A DNA stretch of 64,000 nt from Piromyces finnis finn (taxonomy: Eukaryota; Fungi; Neocallimastigomycota), in contig MCFH01000046.1 in assembly GCA_002104945.1 (NCBI GenBank), positions 1 to 64,000 on the forward strand, read 5' to 3'. The translations under genes and the position numbers were made by a program. This document shows positions 1-15,281 of the stretch, in pieces. Each line of letters opens with the position of its first letter. Within the stretch, counting starts at the first letter, position 1. Below the pieces are notes generated by a model. That model was not told the origin of the DNA and did not search any database. It saw nothing but the letters and a program-made list of their open reading frames with translations.

Positions 1-2462
1 AAAAAAGAAATAATATGATTGACTATCAAATTATTACATATATACCTTTTTCTTTTTTGTAATTAATATTAAAAAATTTTTTTCTGTATTTTTGAAATAT
101 TTAATTATTTTAATATTAATCTAAATTTTAATATATACATACAATTTAATTAATATATATATAACTTTATAAAAACTTTATAAATTCTATTTTTAAAATT
201 GTTTTAGTATTACTATTATTCATATAAAGAGGTTTTTCATTCTGGTTTTATTATTAATATTATTATTTATTATTTTCTATAATAGGATATAATCTTAAAA
301 TATATAATTTTTTTTATTTTATTTTTAGGTAGAATTTTAAGATAATCCTTTTTTATGGATAAAGTTTTTCCAGAGAAAATTTTCTTCCAGTATAAAAAGT
401 CTAGTTTAAAATAACTCTATTTGTAATCATTGTGGCTTGACTTATTCTATAGTATTATAGAATGAAAAGAAAGCAATGGGAAATAAATATATATTTCAAT
501 ATTATTTATTATATATTAATTAATGTTATGTAATATAACTTTTTAAATAAATTTATATATAATGTAATATTTATTATGTATTTAATTTACATATTATAAT
601 TTAATTAGTTAAAATGAAAGAAATCTTCAATATCTTTTTTTAAAAAATAAAAAAATTTTTAAAGATATATTTAAATTAATTTACAAAAAAAGAAAGAAAT
701 ATAACTTTAAAATATATTAAATTTTAGATTTTTATTATTAATATATTATATACAATAATTAATTTATTTTTTTATATTCTAGATTTAAATAATGTTTTGT
801 GTAATCTTTCTATTAATGTTAAAATTTCTAATTAATTTATATTAAAAAATGATATTAATATATAATAAGATTTTTATTCAATGCTTTAATATCAAAATAA
901 ATCTCATCAAATTTAGCCAACTATATTGGAAGATAGTAAGCGTTGGTCTATGGTTATTGGATAGAGAGGTAAAAAAAATATATGAGTATTATTTTTTAGT
1001 TTGTTTAAAAAAAAGTGCTATAGGAAAAAAAGAGAAATATATATATTTCATTATTATTAGTATTACTTTATTATTATGAGAATTAATAAAGGTATTTAAT
1101 ATTTTATTGGATAAATTTGCAATTGGTAATGCTAATTTATTAATGAATTTTATTTCAAAAAATACCTTTAAATAGTTTTATGTCAAACATTTTATTAATG
1201 ATCGTCTTTCTAAGTTTTATGATAAATAGAAAATTTATTATTTTTTTTTACAAATTAATAGAATTCAATATTTTTAAAAAAATATAAATTATATAGAATT
1301 ATGTTGATAATATGCATCAAATGTTACTCTAAGCCATTTTAATTACTTTACAATATAGTATTTCATGAGATTTAATTTAAATTATTATTCATTGAGTATC
1401 ATTTTGTATATTTATGTTCATTGTTCAATATTTTATATAAAATAGAGTAAATAAAAAGAGCTTGAAAAAAGAAAAAATATTTTTTGGATAAAAGAACTAT
1501 AATTTCATAAAATTTATTGAACTTTTAAATTAATAAAGTTTAAAATTTTAATTTAATTCTTTAATAAGCATATAAATTAAAAATACACTTTTAATTTAAA
1601 ATGTATAATTAATAAAGTATTTGTGTAATATTTGAGGAATATTTTTTAAATTAAATTTCAAATTTCCTCTATTTTTTTTTATTTTTAAAAAAAGTAAATA
1701 ATTAATTTCAATTTTACTATGAAGAAAAAGATAATAATTAATTTTTTAAAAAATAAATAGGAGATATTAATATGCCATCTTATTTATACTAAATTATTAT
1801 TTAAAAGTTTTACAAGAGATTATTAACGCTTTTTACACTATTTTTGAAATGTATATTAAATATAATAAAAATACAGAAAATCATGATAAATAATAAATAG
1901 TTTATAACGTTACCATTTAAAAACAATTAATTTTTTATATGTATATTATATAAAGTTTAACATAATGACTATATTATTTATTTATAATCTTTAATATAAC
2001 TTTATTACTATATATAGAAGTCTTTATATATTACACATTTTATTATCCACTTTTGAAACTTTTTATTTAATTAAATAATAAAAAAAAAAAGAAACATTAA
2101 TACTATATTATAAACATAATTAATTTATTTGGGCTAAAAGCTTATTTAATTTTAATATTTTATTATAATATATTTATTATATATATTAAATAATTTATTT
2201 TATTTTTTGGCTAGTACTTTAAAAAAAGTTCTTTTTTTTTTTTTTATTAATTAATTAATTATTTTTTTTTTCAGTTTCATTCTATCTTTTTTTTTTTTAC
2301 ATCCATATATTTTAGTATATATCAATATATTTAATTTATAATGGATCGTTTTACTCACTATTGGTTGTTTTAATAATCTATTTTTATTTTGAAATTAAAG
2401 AATATTATAAAAGTTTATTTATAAAAGTCTAATTATTAGATTATATTAAGAGTTGTTTAATT

Positions 2463-2560
2463 TAGGTTTATAATTATGTCAACTTTATTAATATATTTTA
2501 TGATAAAGAACTAGGTTTATAATTATGTCAACTTTATTAATATATTTTATGATAAAGAAC
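2463..2560. repeat. Perfect 49-bp tandem duplication (2 copies)
   Basis: taggtttataattatgtcaactttattaatatattttatgataaagaac occurs at 2463-2511 and again at 2512-2560. Confidence 0.9.
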
Positions 2561-5500
2561 TACTTGCATTCTTCTCAAACTACATGTATTTATACATTTA
2601 CATTATGGCTTAAACATATAATCAAATACAATATATACAAATACGTTTTAATACATTTCAATACATTTGAATACATGTGACATAACGTTTCACATATTCT
2701 AACAGATTACATCATTTATAAATTAATTTATTCATGTTTTATGAAATTTGGTCTATATTGACTATTGAATATAATGTAATATATCATTGTATTATTAATT
2801 TTAAATTCTATTTTCGATTATTTTATTAATATAGTATGAAATAATTAATTTAATAATTTTAAAAAATCACCAAAATAATTCTAATTGAAATAAAAAGATT
2901 TTATTGTCAATTGTTATGCTTTGGATTTTATTCTCCTCATCCTTTTTATCTTTATCAAAAAGAAACAATATTTCAATTATAGTATAATTAATAAAAGTAT
3001 ATCTAGTATTGATAATTACTTTAATGTTCTATTGTTAAAACCATATAATTATAAAAATAGGTTATAAATTTATATTGGGCTAGAAATTTCTTTTTTTTTA
3101 TTTCAACTAATTAAATTTCCATATTTAGAAGAGCAGTTATTTAAAATTTAATTATCTAAATTAAAATAACAATAGAATAGGGGCAGACAATATTAATCTT
3201 TAAAAAAGATGACAAATATGGTTAAATTAAATAAATAAATTAATTTCTAACCTATTTTATTATATATAATAAACTTTTTAAACTTGAAAAAATATTTAAT
3301 TAATAATTGTTGTAAAACCAAGATCGGAGCCAAATATTTTATCCAATAAAATCTAAATAAAATAATTTCAAAACTTTTTTAATAATGAATAAAGTTTTAA
3401 TAAATATAAAGTTTTTCTATTAATTTAATTTTAATATCATAACTATTAGTAATGGAGTAAATTACTAAACATTAATATAATTCTAATATTCCATTTGTGT
3501 TAGAATTATTACATTGCAAACAAATAAATTAAAAAAAAAAATAGTCTTTTTTCTTTATTTTACTTTACCTATTTATTAATGTAAATTAATGTATTCTGTT
3601 GTACATGTTTTAAATATTACGATATCAAGTTTTTCTTTACTTCATTCCGATGATCCATCATACTAAATTTTATTATAATGTAAAGGATATGCCATAGTCA
3701 TACAAATTATATAGTATTGCTGATAAATCGCTTTTTAATTATTTATTATAATATTCTTAATAAAATATATTATGAATGAGTTTCTATTAATTTTCTTTTT
3801 ATTTAATTAACTGTAAAGATATAATTTTCCATAAATAAGTATTGGTAAAATCTAAACATATAAGATTGTCATTCGAAAATTTGAAATAAATATTAGAAGT
3901 GTCACGTTTTAATTAAAAATGAAAAAAAGTAGTCTTTTAGAAAAAGATCATGAGACTTATTCTATATGAATTAATTGTTCTCGTGTCAGAAATTCTCATA
4001 AACTAATTATATGAAAAGAATTTAATAATAAGAATAATAAAATGTTCAATTTTAAGTCTACTTTATACTTTATTTTCTTTATCCGCTTAGTTTTAACCTG
4101 CCATTTTGTTAACTTTACCAACTTTTTTTTTAAAAAAATTAAATTGAAAAGTTAATCTTAATATTTGTTTATTATTAGTTAGGATAGATGAATGAATCTT
4201 TATTATTTAGTACTATTTATTTTTGTTTATTATAGTAATAAGATAATAAGGTAGCATGGAATAAGAAATAAATATATAAAAACTTTTTATTTATATATTA
4301 TAAAATTATAAATAATTTTTTGTTATAGATAAGATTTTTCCATCGATTCTTATTCATTTGTAATATTGTCATTTTTTGTTATAGTACGTTAATCTAATAA
4401 ATATACAATATTATTATAAGTTATTTAAATGATTATGATGGATTATGCCTATATGCCTATATGCCTCTATATAAAAAGAATTTTATTATACCATTTTTTT
4501 TAATTGACTTTCAAGTTATGTAGACTTACCTACCATAAAAGAAAAAATCATCAAATTCAAATTTCATATATAGAAAGAAATAATATTCTATAAAAAGTAA
4601 TAATGATTTCATTATATAATGCCTTTTTTTTTTTATAAAGAATAGGAATACCTTTAAAGAATATATTCCTTATTTTTAATGAATAAGTTTTACAATATAT
4701 TATTCTTATCGATATATCTTAACTAATAAGAATTAAAAATATTATAATGGTATTAGTAAAATATGTTGTGAAATATAAAACAAGATGTGTGTTTTTTTTT
4801 TTTTTTCAGTATAGTTTATTGGTATAAATTGTCAATAATTCATAATTCTGTTTTCTAAATCAATGATTGATTATATAATTAAATATTTATTATGTTAATA
4901 AAGCAAGTATATCAGTATTAAATTAATTCATCCTTTTTATGGTTTAATGTTATTAGTAATTTTTAAAAAAATTACGTTTATAGGTTAAGTAATTAATCTT
5001 GAATTTAGATTACATACTTTTTAAAGGATTTCTTTTTACCAATATATATATATATATATATATGTATAATAGTACAGGAAAAAAAAAGCATCTATATACT
5101 ATAATAATAAAGCCATTTTATTCAATATATAATATAATTAGTATCGTTGGATAAGTATTTTTTTAATTAATAATATTATATTTTGGTGTTTATTCTAAAT
5201 ATTAATAAATCTAGTAAATAAAATATATAGAAATATTATAAATATAAAACAAATAATATATTTAAATATTTCAAGTAGCATTCATTAAATTTTAGTAATT
5301 CTTTCAGTTATAGAAATTATTTAATAGGCATTTCTATTTCTATTATTTATAAAAGTAAATTTAAACTAAATTTTATTTATTGTTAAATAATTTATTATTA
5401 ATGATAATTTTCTTTTTCTTTTTTTTTTTTTTTTTTTTTTTTTGAAATAAAGAATAGACTTATATTAGCAATAATAGTTTTTTAGTAAAAAAAAAAATAT

Positions 5501-7372
5501 TTCAAAAGATAGTAATAATTTTATACTACAGGTGGGAAATAAAATAAAATTAAGAAGCTTGATAAAATTTTCTATTTATCATTATATTATTACAAAGTAA
5601 AAGAAAAACTTTATGCAAAAAATTATATATATGAATGATACACTTATTCAATAAAAGGATAAGAGAATGATAAATTTTAAAATGATAGAAAAAATATATA
5701 GTTATCCTTTAATTTAAAACATCCTTTTTCCATTTAATTTTAACTTTAAAAAAAAAGAGAATTTGATCACAACACTTCAAATTTTAATTTTTTTTTCTTT
5801 TTTATTTTTTGTAAGTAATAATATTATATTTTAGTATTAATATATAAAAATATTACTTAGGGTATCATTAAAAATTAATTTATTTGAATTAACTATGCCT
5901 ATACTAATAATGAGATGAGTTTATAAATGACCACCGTAACCAAATACCAAATTATTCAATGATGGATAAAATAAGTTTTAAAAAATTTATAATTTAAAAA
6001 AATTTTTTTGAATTATTTATCTTATCAGAATCAAAAGGAATGAACCATTTTTTTTTACTATTGGTTTATATAGAGTTTATTATAAATTATACTTTTTGAA
6101 AAATATTCTTGTTTAATTATTATAAAATATACTCTATTATTTTATATATAAATTCTTTTTAAATAAAAACCCGATTGCTTGAATGTTGTATATATGAAAA
6201 GCTTGTATTAACGATTAAGTTTCTTTTAATATACATTTTGAAAGAAAAAAAGAATAAACTATTTATTTTTAGATCATGAATAAATATTAAAGATAACAAG
6301 GAATCTATTTTTATTTTTATATTTTTATAGAAAAAAATAACTAAATAAAATTATGTTTGATTATATATAATATACTTTTTACCCATATTAAAAGATACTA
6401 ATAGATATTAATAAGAATGATAAAAAAACATTATTAGCAATTTATCTATTTTTTTCATCTTTTTTTTCATTTTATATTATAAAACTGGAAACAAATTTTG
6501 AATAAAAAAAAAAAAAGCTTATTCTTTTTTTAAAATATATTTAATTTTTTTTATTATTAAATAAATTTATTTTAAAAATATTGATAATATTTTATATAAG
6601 GATAATTACTGCTTTTTAAATATATAACCTAAAAAAAAAAGATAACATTATAACATTATATTATAGTTGTATATTATAATAATAGAAAATGTTTATTATT
6701 TTAAAAGATTATTATAGGCCTTTTTTTCTTTTCTTTATTTTACTTTTAAAGTGGAATTATTAAACATTATTAAACTTTTAACTTTTTAAAAATTAACTAA
6801 AATCGCCAATTTTAAAAAAAAATGAATTCTAATTATAACATACGTTTTTTTTTTTTTTTAAGTATTCACAATTTAACAAAGTTTTATATTTAATTTTAAT
6901 AATCTAATAATTATAAAATTATTCCTATAATTATTTTAATCTATAATTATTATAATAATTATTAATCTTTATTATTTTTAATTATTTAATAAAATAACTT
7001 TATTCAACTTTTTTTTTTTGTATTCTATTTACCTATTTAATTATTCAACTATTTAAATATTTGAAAGTATTATATAAGTCAAAATGAGATATAAAGAGAA
7101 ATATAAATATTAATTTTTTGTTTTAATGTTTTAATAATATATATATATATAATTTAATTTTTCCTATTAAATCTTAACATGTATTTCTCATCTTTCCCTA
7201 ATGCAAACTATATCAAAAAAAATTAAAAAATTTTTAAATAAGGAATTTTATTGATTAAAGTTTATTATAAAATAATAATAACCATGTCATTAAAAATAAG
7301 ATTAAAGTTGTAGTATTAAATAAACAAAAGTAAAAAAATAAAAAGTAAAGAATAAATCAAATTTTTTAATAA

Positions 7373-7397
7373 ATTAATAATAATAATAAAATAATAA

Positions 7398-7432
<35 letters not shown>

Positions 7433-7445
7433 TAATAATAATAAT
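7373..7445. repeat. Imperfect (AAT)n microsatellite upstream of PMC1
   Basis: Direct reading of aataataat... with a few interruptions. Confidence 0.85.
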
Positions 7446-7630
7446 AGATAATTATATGAAATATAATTAAAAGATTGGAAAAAAAGGAAATAATTTTAAA
7501 TTATTTTCCATTTATATTAATACTTTTCATTACATCATATTAAAATAGAGGAAATAGAGAAGGGAAAAAAAAAGATACTTAATTTAAATTTTTAATTGTA
7601 TATATTTTCTGTACATATATAATATAAACT

Positions 7631-10600
7631 ATGGCTAAGAAAAAGGATACAGAAAATACAAATAAAAATGAAGAAGTAATCAATAGTCCTTTTGCTTTTA
7701 CAAAAGATGAATTATATTCATTATGTGATCCAAAAAATATAAAATTATTAGAAGAATATGGTGGTGTTAATGGATTATTCATAGGTTTACAATCATCTCC
7801 ATCATTCGGTTTAAGTTCAGCAGAAACAGATAATTTTGAAAAACATGTTAGTAAAGAGGATTGTAAAATTAAGAAAACGGCTAGTCAAATATCAGTTCTA
7901 GCATCAAATGTTGGTTAGTAGGTTAATTAAAGTTAAATATTATTATTATACAAAAAATATATTTATATAAATATTTAATACCTTAAAAAAATATTATATT
8001 TTTATACAAGAAAAAAAAAAAAAAAAGAAAATTATTTAAAAAAATTATATATTTAAAATCAACCATAAATTAATTTATATATTTATTATTTTTATGTGAA
8101 TTATGATAATCTTTAAATTACCATTTATAAACGCATCAACATATTACTTTTTTTTCGAAATCATCTTCAAATGAAATATAAATAATTATGTCAATATCAT
8201 AATCATGTTTTAATTTTTTAAAAATAAATAAATATAAATGTTAATGGGGAATAAAATTGATCATCGGAATATTATTTAATACGATATTAAAAATATATCT
8301 TTTTGAAATATCATTAATATGTGTTGTGGATTAAAACTATTTTAATTCTGTTATCGATAAAATTTGAAATTTTATATTCAATCTCATTAAATTATATATA
8401 ATCGTGTATATAAATCATTTATATATTATCATAAAATAATAATATAGATGATGTACATGACAACCAATTTTGTATAAGAAAAAAAGTATTCGGTGAAAAT
8501 AAAGTACCACCAATTAAACAAACGTCATTATTAGAGTTGATGTTAAGTGCTTTAGCTGATAAAACTATGGTAAATATTTTTAAATAGTATTAATATTATA
8601 GAATAATGAAATAATTGTAAGAAATTATTATCATTGTATTAGAAAATAAAATAAAATGATTTATACTATTCGTTAAAGATATTATAATTTTTTATTTTTC
8701 AATTATTTTATTTATACCATCATCATTAAAATTTTAATTTTTATTTTTTTTACACCACCACCATTTTCCTTTTAATTTAATATGTATAAAATTCTTTTAT
8801 AAAAATTGTATTTTTTATATATAAATATAATAGATTATGTTATGTATAGCTGCATGTGTTTCATTAGCTATTGGTATTTATCAAGATACAACTTCAGATG
8901 ATGATGAGCCAAAAGTTCATTGGGTTGAAGGTTGTGCTATTTTAGTTGCTGTCTTAATTGTCGTTTTAGTTGGAAGTATTAATGATTATAATAAGGAAAA
9001 ACGTTTCAGAAAATTAAATGAAAAGAAAGAAGATAGAATGGTTAAGGTAAAATTAATAAACTATTTTTTTTTTCTTATTTTTATAATAAAGATTTCCATT
9101 TTATAAATATATAATTATTTCTATAATAATAATAATAATAATTGTTATATTTTTAATATATAATTCAATTTTAAATGATAAACCATTCCTTTTTTAAAAA
9201 AAAAAATCAAATTCATGATATACCTCATTCGTATTATAATATAATATTATATGATAAAAAAAAAGGCTTTTAGAGATGGACAAAATACTTTAATTTCAGT
9301 ATATGATGTACAAGCTGGTGATGTTTTATTATTAGAACCAGGAGATATTATTTGTGCTGATGGTGTTTTAATTGAAAATCAAAATATTCGTTGTGATGAA
9401 TCTTCATCTACCGGTGAAAGTGATACTATTAAGAAGAATTTAACAGATGATCCATTTATTATTAGTGGTAGTAAAATTTTAGAAGGAATGGGTAAATATA
9501 TTGTTACTGGTGTTGGTACTAGTTCTTTCCACGGTAGAACTATGATGGGTAAATACTCTGTATATAATAAAATCTATCTAGAAAAATTAACATGTGTCAA
9601 TAAATTGATATAATAATAACATTTTTATATATAAATTAAAAATAAAAAGGTTTACGTGTTGAACAAGAAGAAACTCCATTACAAGCTAAATTAAATGTCT
9701 TAGCTGAACAAATTGCTAAAGCTGGTGCTCTCGCTGCCTTACTTATGCTTATTGTATTAATTGCCAAATATATTATTATTATTATAGTAACTAATTACTG
9801 TGATGATGATGTATGCCTTATATTTCATATTTCATATATATTTTTTTTTTAAAAAATATTCTCAATAATGAAAAAAAAAAATTCCTCTTATTAATATATT
9901 TTTATTATTTAATTTAATATGTTATATAAACTAATATACATAATACATATATATATATATTTGAAAAATTAATAACATCAACTAAATTTATATATTGTTT
10001 TAGAATTGTTCATTCCAAAAAGTATTCGCACAAATTACTAACATTGTAATTGCTGCTATTACAATTATTGTCGTAGCTGTTCCAGAAGGTTTACCATTAG
10101 CTGTTACATTAACCTTAGCTTTTGCTGCTACAAGAATGATTAAAGATAATTGTTTGGTAAGATTAATTGCTTCATGTGAAATTATGGGAAGCGCTACTGT
10201 AATTTGTTCTGATAAAACAGGTACTCTTACTGAAAATAAAATGACAGTTGTAGAAGCCATCTATGGTAGAAATGTTCATGTTGCTGGTGATACAGAAATT
10301 AGAAAATCATCAAAGATTCTTAGTAATCTTTACATTAATAATCCTATTATGCAGCAAGGTGTTCTCACCGGTACCGAATTATTAAAGATATTGCTAGAAA
10401 ATATCTCAATTAATTCTACGGCATTTGAAAATGTAGATGAAGAAACACATCAAATTGTTTTCATTGGTTCCAAAACTGAAACAGCTCTTTTGAATTTCTG
10501 TCAAAAAATGGGTGGTGATTATATGGCCTATCGTGAATCTAAATACATTAAACAAATTCAAACTTATCCTTTCTCATCTGAAAGAAAAAGTATGACTACT

Positions 10601-13335
10601 TTAATTGAAATTAATTTGAATGCAGAAGGTATTGAATATTCCGAACCAATATATAGAGTTCATATTAAGGGTGCTAGTGAAATTGTTTTAGGTTATTGTT
10701 CTCATGCTATTATATTACCACATCCAAAGGATAGACAAGGAGAAGTCATTAACCAAGAAATTGATGAAAAATTATTAAACGATTTCAATGAAAATGTTAT
10801 TAAGAAATTCGCTGAAAATAGTTTAAGAACAATTTGTTTAGCCTATCGTGACTTAACAAAATCAGAATACACTGAACTTTTAGAAAGACTTAAAGTTGAT
10901 GTTGAAAAGGAAGAAAAAGAAAAGAAAGAAGCTTCTGAAGCTACTCAAAAGGAAAATGATGATGTTGTTGAAATTCAAATTGATCAAGAAAATACTAAAA
11001 AGGAAATTGATGAAGAAACTCTTTTATCTCATCCAAATGCTTTAAAATATTTATTAGAAAAGAATTTAGTTTGTTTAGCTATTGTTGGTATTGAAGATCC
11101 AGTTAGAGAAGGTGTACCAGAAGCTATTAAGATTTGTCAAAGAGCTGGTGTTTCTGTTAAAATGGTAATAATAATAATATTATTATTATTATTTTTAATC
11201 AATATAAAATTTTTTTTGGTTTATTTAAAATTTTATTATTTATATATTTTTATCTAATATTATTATATTATCTTTTTTTTTTTAAAAAAAAAAGGTTACT
11301 GGTGATAATATTGATACTGCTAGATCAATTGCTAAAAAATGTGGTATTTATACTAAAGGTGGTGTAGTAATGGAAGGAAGTGATTTCAGAAAATTATCAT
11401 CTGATGAAATGGATAGTATTGTAGGTAAATTACAAGTTTTGGCTCGTTCATCTCCTATGGATAAACAATTATTAGTACAACACTTGAAGGATGTTGGTGA
11501 AACTGTTGCTGTAAATATTTTCTATTTTAATTATTTTTTTTTAAAAAAAAAATATAAAATATTGAATGAAAAAATAACAATAAATTATATACTTAATTTT
11601 TTTTTCTTTAATTACAATTTTCTATCAAAAAAAAAAAAAAAAAAGGTCACTGGTGATGGTACAAATGATGGTCCTGCTTTGAAACGTGCTGATGTTGGTT
11701 TTAGTATGGGTATTTCAGGTACAGAAGTTGCAAAAGAAGCTAGTAGTATTGTACTTATGGATGATAACTTTGCTAGTATTGTAAAAGCTATGCTTTGGGG
11801 TAGAAGTGTTAACGATAGTGTAAAAAAATTCATTCAATTCCAATTGACAGTAAATGTATCTGCTGTATTATTAGCTTTCATTAGTTCAGTAATTGATGGT
11901 AATGAATCTGGTGCTTTAACTGCTATTCAACTTTTATGGGTAAATAAAAATTATTATTAAAAAAATATACTATTTAAATAATATATTCTTAGAAAAAAAA
12001 CAAAATACTGATTATAATATCTTTAAATATTTTTTTTTAAAATATACATTTATTTATTTACAACATAAAAAGGTTAATTTAATTATGGATACTTTAGCTG
12101 CTTTAGCCTTAGCTACAGAATCACCATCCATTGATTTATTAGATAGACCACCAGCATTAAGAAATGCCCCATTAATTTCTATTCCAATGTGGAAAATGAT
12201 TATTAGTATGGCTATCTTGCAAGTTATTGTTGGTAATGTACTGTTATTCTTGGGACCAAAATTATTCAAGTATGTAATATATATTGTATATAAAAATTAA
12301 AAAAAAAAAAATTAAATTATTTTTAAAGTCATTTTATATTACAAAAAATATATGAATATAATAAATTAAATATTATAATTTTTATATATAAATTTTAAAT
12401 CTCAATAGATTTACAGAATTAGATAAAGTTGGTGGTATTATTAAAACGAAAAACAATATTAAAGATTACTACAATAGAAATAAAGATAGAATTGGTAAAC
12501 CATATCGTAAATTTGAAGATATTATTGAAGATCAAAAGAAAACAATTAAAACTATGGTATTTAATACATTTGTATATATGCAAGTCTTTAACGAAATTAA
12601 GTAAGTCATTCTTTTAATTATTATTTTATTATTGCTAACTATTAAATTAAAATATAAAATTATATTACGTTTTTTTTTATATACTTATAGATAGAAATTT
12701 TGAATATATTTATTAATTTTTTTTTATTTTTAATTTTTAAAAAAAATTTAAAATAAATTAGTTGTCGTGTAATTACCAATGAATTAAACGTTTTCAAAGG
12801 TATTCATAAAAACCCATACTTCTATTGTATTTTCTTATTTGTTGCAATTGCTCAATTCTTTATCGTTCAATATGGTGGTACTATTTTCCAAACTATTAAA
12901 TTATCATGGTGGCAATTCCTTGTTTGTATTGGTATTGGTGTGTTCTCACTTCCATTTGCCGTTTTCATTCGTTTAATTCCAGATAAGTGGTTCTATTGTT
13001 TCTTTAAGAACCAACAAAAAGTAGTACCAAAGAATACTGAAGAAGAAGATGATGATTTAGAAGGTAGTAATAATAGTCTTAACTCCATTTCAGAAAATAA
13101 AACAACACTTAAAGTATTCCGTACAGTAAGAGGAGGTCGTTTAATTTCATTATCCTCTATGAATGGACTTAACGGTTCACAAAAATTAACCTATTCTAAC
13201 AGTTCTCTTAATTCAACAAGTGGAAGTAAAAAGAGTTTAAATAAAAATAATGATGAAAATATAAAAAAGTCTCAAAATATAGTTATTGAAATGCCAAATA
13301 ATGAAGAATCAAAACCAGTTGATATTGATGCATAA
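7631..13335 (+). CDS. PMC1: P-type IIB (PMCA-like) Ca2+-transporting ATPase, fungal Pmc1 type; 11 exons, about 1231 aa
   Basis: Exons 7631-7913, 8448-8569, 8834-9046, 9266-9548, 9650-9810, 10004-11164, 11295-11510, 11646-11939, 12073-12269, 12409-12600 and 12762-13335 have GT-AG ends and sum to 3696 nt in frame. Motifs: DESSSTGES (A domain), [12 protein letters not shown] (TM4), CSDKTGTLT (phospho-Asp), [33 protein letters not shown] (TM6), and a C-terminal RTVRGGRL. Confidence 0.96.
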
Positions 13336-13738
13336 AATCTAGAAATTATATATATTTAAAAAAAAAAAAGAAAAAAAAGAAAAAGAAAAAATTATAAATT
13401 ATATTATATTCATATATGTATATATTAGAATTCTCATAAAAATTTTGTATTTATAATATATTTTTAACAAGTATATCCTTTTTTTTTATAAAAAAAAAAA
13501 AAAAAAAAAAACAGCATTATAACACATTATTAAATTTCTTTTTATTTTCTCGGACTAATTACAATATATTATATATATAATAAAAAAAATAGTATCTTGT
13601 AAATACAACAATTTAAAATAATATTTATTTATATTTATTTTAAAATATAAATACTATAGTCAATAAAGAATAAATATATATAAATCATGTATAATAATTA
13701 AATCATTATTCAATAAAATAACATTAAAATTATAATTA

Positions 13739-13883
<145 letters not shown>

Positions 13884-14044
13884 TTAATTTTTGTTTTCAA
13901 TTGTTATTCAAAATTTTTACATTATTATTACAATTTGATTTATTTATAATATTTTACTGAAAATATTCTAAATAAATTGAATTTCAATTACAACTATTCT
14001 TTAAATATAAACATATATATTACATTATTATTCTTTTTTTTAGA

Positions 14045-14610
14045 CTAGGAAAATAATACATTTCTTGTATTTATTCATTTAATTTGAGATCTACACATGT
14101 TAGATAGAATAGTAGTCAGAGAAAAATTTTTATTGAATGGGGTTCCAATACAAGTATAACAAGAAGTCATTGGAATCGAATATATATCGATGTAAAATAT
14201 TGAGTCTATATTCCTAGGGGATCTATTAAAATTGATTAGATTTAACAACAAAAATTGTACATTTATTATTCCAAAAGGCGTTTCATTAAAATTAGCCCAA
14301 TCTAGAACTAGATTGAGCATCTTTTAAAGGTTCTTCTTTCAGGCTGCAATTAGAACAATGCCATCAGCAAAAAGGCCACCACCACAACATTTATTTCCTA
14401 AATTAACACAAAGCTTTCCACATTTATTTAAAATATTATTGAGGAAAAGATTAAATAGTATAGAAGAATAGGAGAAAGATGGCATACACCATGATTAATA
14501 GGAAATTCCTTAGAAAGCATATCCAAGAAACTTGCACGTTCATTTGAGGTAGAGTAGAGATTATTGAGAAAATCAAAACATTTACCAATACATTACATTA
14601 TATGCAGCAG
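14045..14610 (-). mobile_element. Degenerate non-LTR (LINE-like) retrotransposon reverse-transcriptase fragment
   Basis: The minus strand reads GKCFDFLNNLYSTSNERASFLDMLSKEFPINHGVCHLSPIL, then a frameshift, then FNLFLNNILNKCGKLCVNLGNKCCGGGLFADGIVLIAA*KKNL*KMLNLVLDWANFNETPFGI...SIPMTSCYTCIGTPF. These match decayed RT motifs GV(RQG)CPLSPILFNLFIND, LFADD (here FADG) and YTYLG, with stops and a frameshift. Confidence 0.85.
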
Positions 14611-15281
14611 CCAAAATAAAATATAAACATAAATTTCAAAAAATATATATTCCTAAAACACAATATTACTAACAATATATAATTTTATTTTATTATTTTT
14701 ATATATATTATTATTATTATTATTTTATTTCATTTTATTAAAATTACTAATTGTAATTTTTTAATATGATTAAAAGAAATTTATTTTTCTTTTATTATTT
14801 AATATAATATTACATAATCATGGTTTAAAAAATTATAAATTTTATAAAGAATTATGATTAATGTTTTCGTTTTTTTGTTTTTTTTTTTTTTTTTTTTTTG
14901 TTTTTTGTTTTTTTGTTTTATTTTTTCACTATAATAAAAAAAATAAAAAACAAAAAAATACTGGATTATAAAAACAATAATAATAAATATTTATTTATGA
15001 TGAAATATATATAATGTTTATAATTTAAAGATTTCGAAGTGAAGAAGAGTTACAGCAAAAAGAATAAAAAAAAAAAGGTAATATTATTTTTGCATATATA
15101 AAAATTATAAATAGTAATGTGTGTTTTATTCTTTTTCTTTTTTTTTTTTTTTTTTTTTTTTTTTTGTTTGCTTGCTTGCTTTACTGTTTTATATATTGCT
15201 TGGTTTTTCTTTTCTCGTTTTTAATATTAATAATGTTTCATAATTTCTATCGAGATTTAATTCAATGTATTTATTTCCTAT

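Noticed and set aside
431-440. TGTGGCTT resembling a Crz1/CDRE site for PMC1
   Set aside because: Only a partial match and more than 7 kb from the ATG.
354-450. W...C-x2-C (NHCG) pattern resembling a BED zinc finger
   Set aside because: Interrupted by stops, with no His ligands or transposase sequence nearby; chance match is likely.
849-1079. 76-aa ORF in the gene-free left region
   Set aside because: I/K/Y/F-rich composition expected from AT-rich noise, with no motif or splice partners.
5524-5540. TA-CAGGTGG resembling a Tc1/mariner TIR start
   Set aside because: No matching inverted copy nearby.
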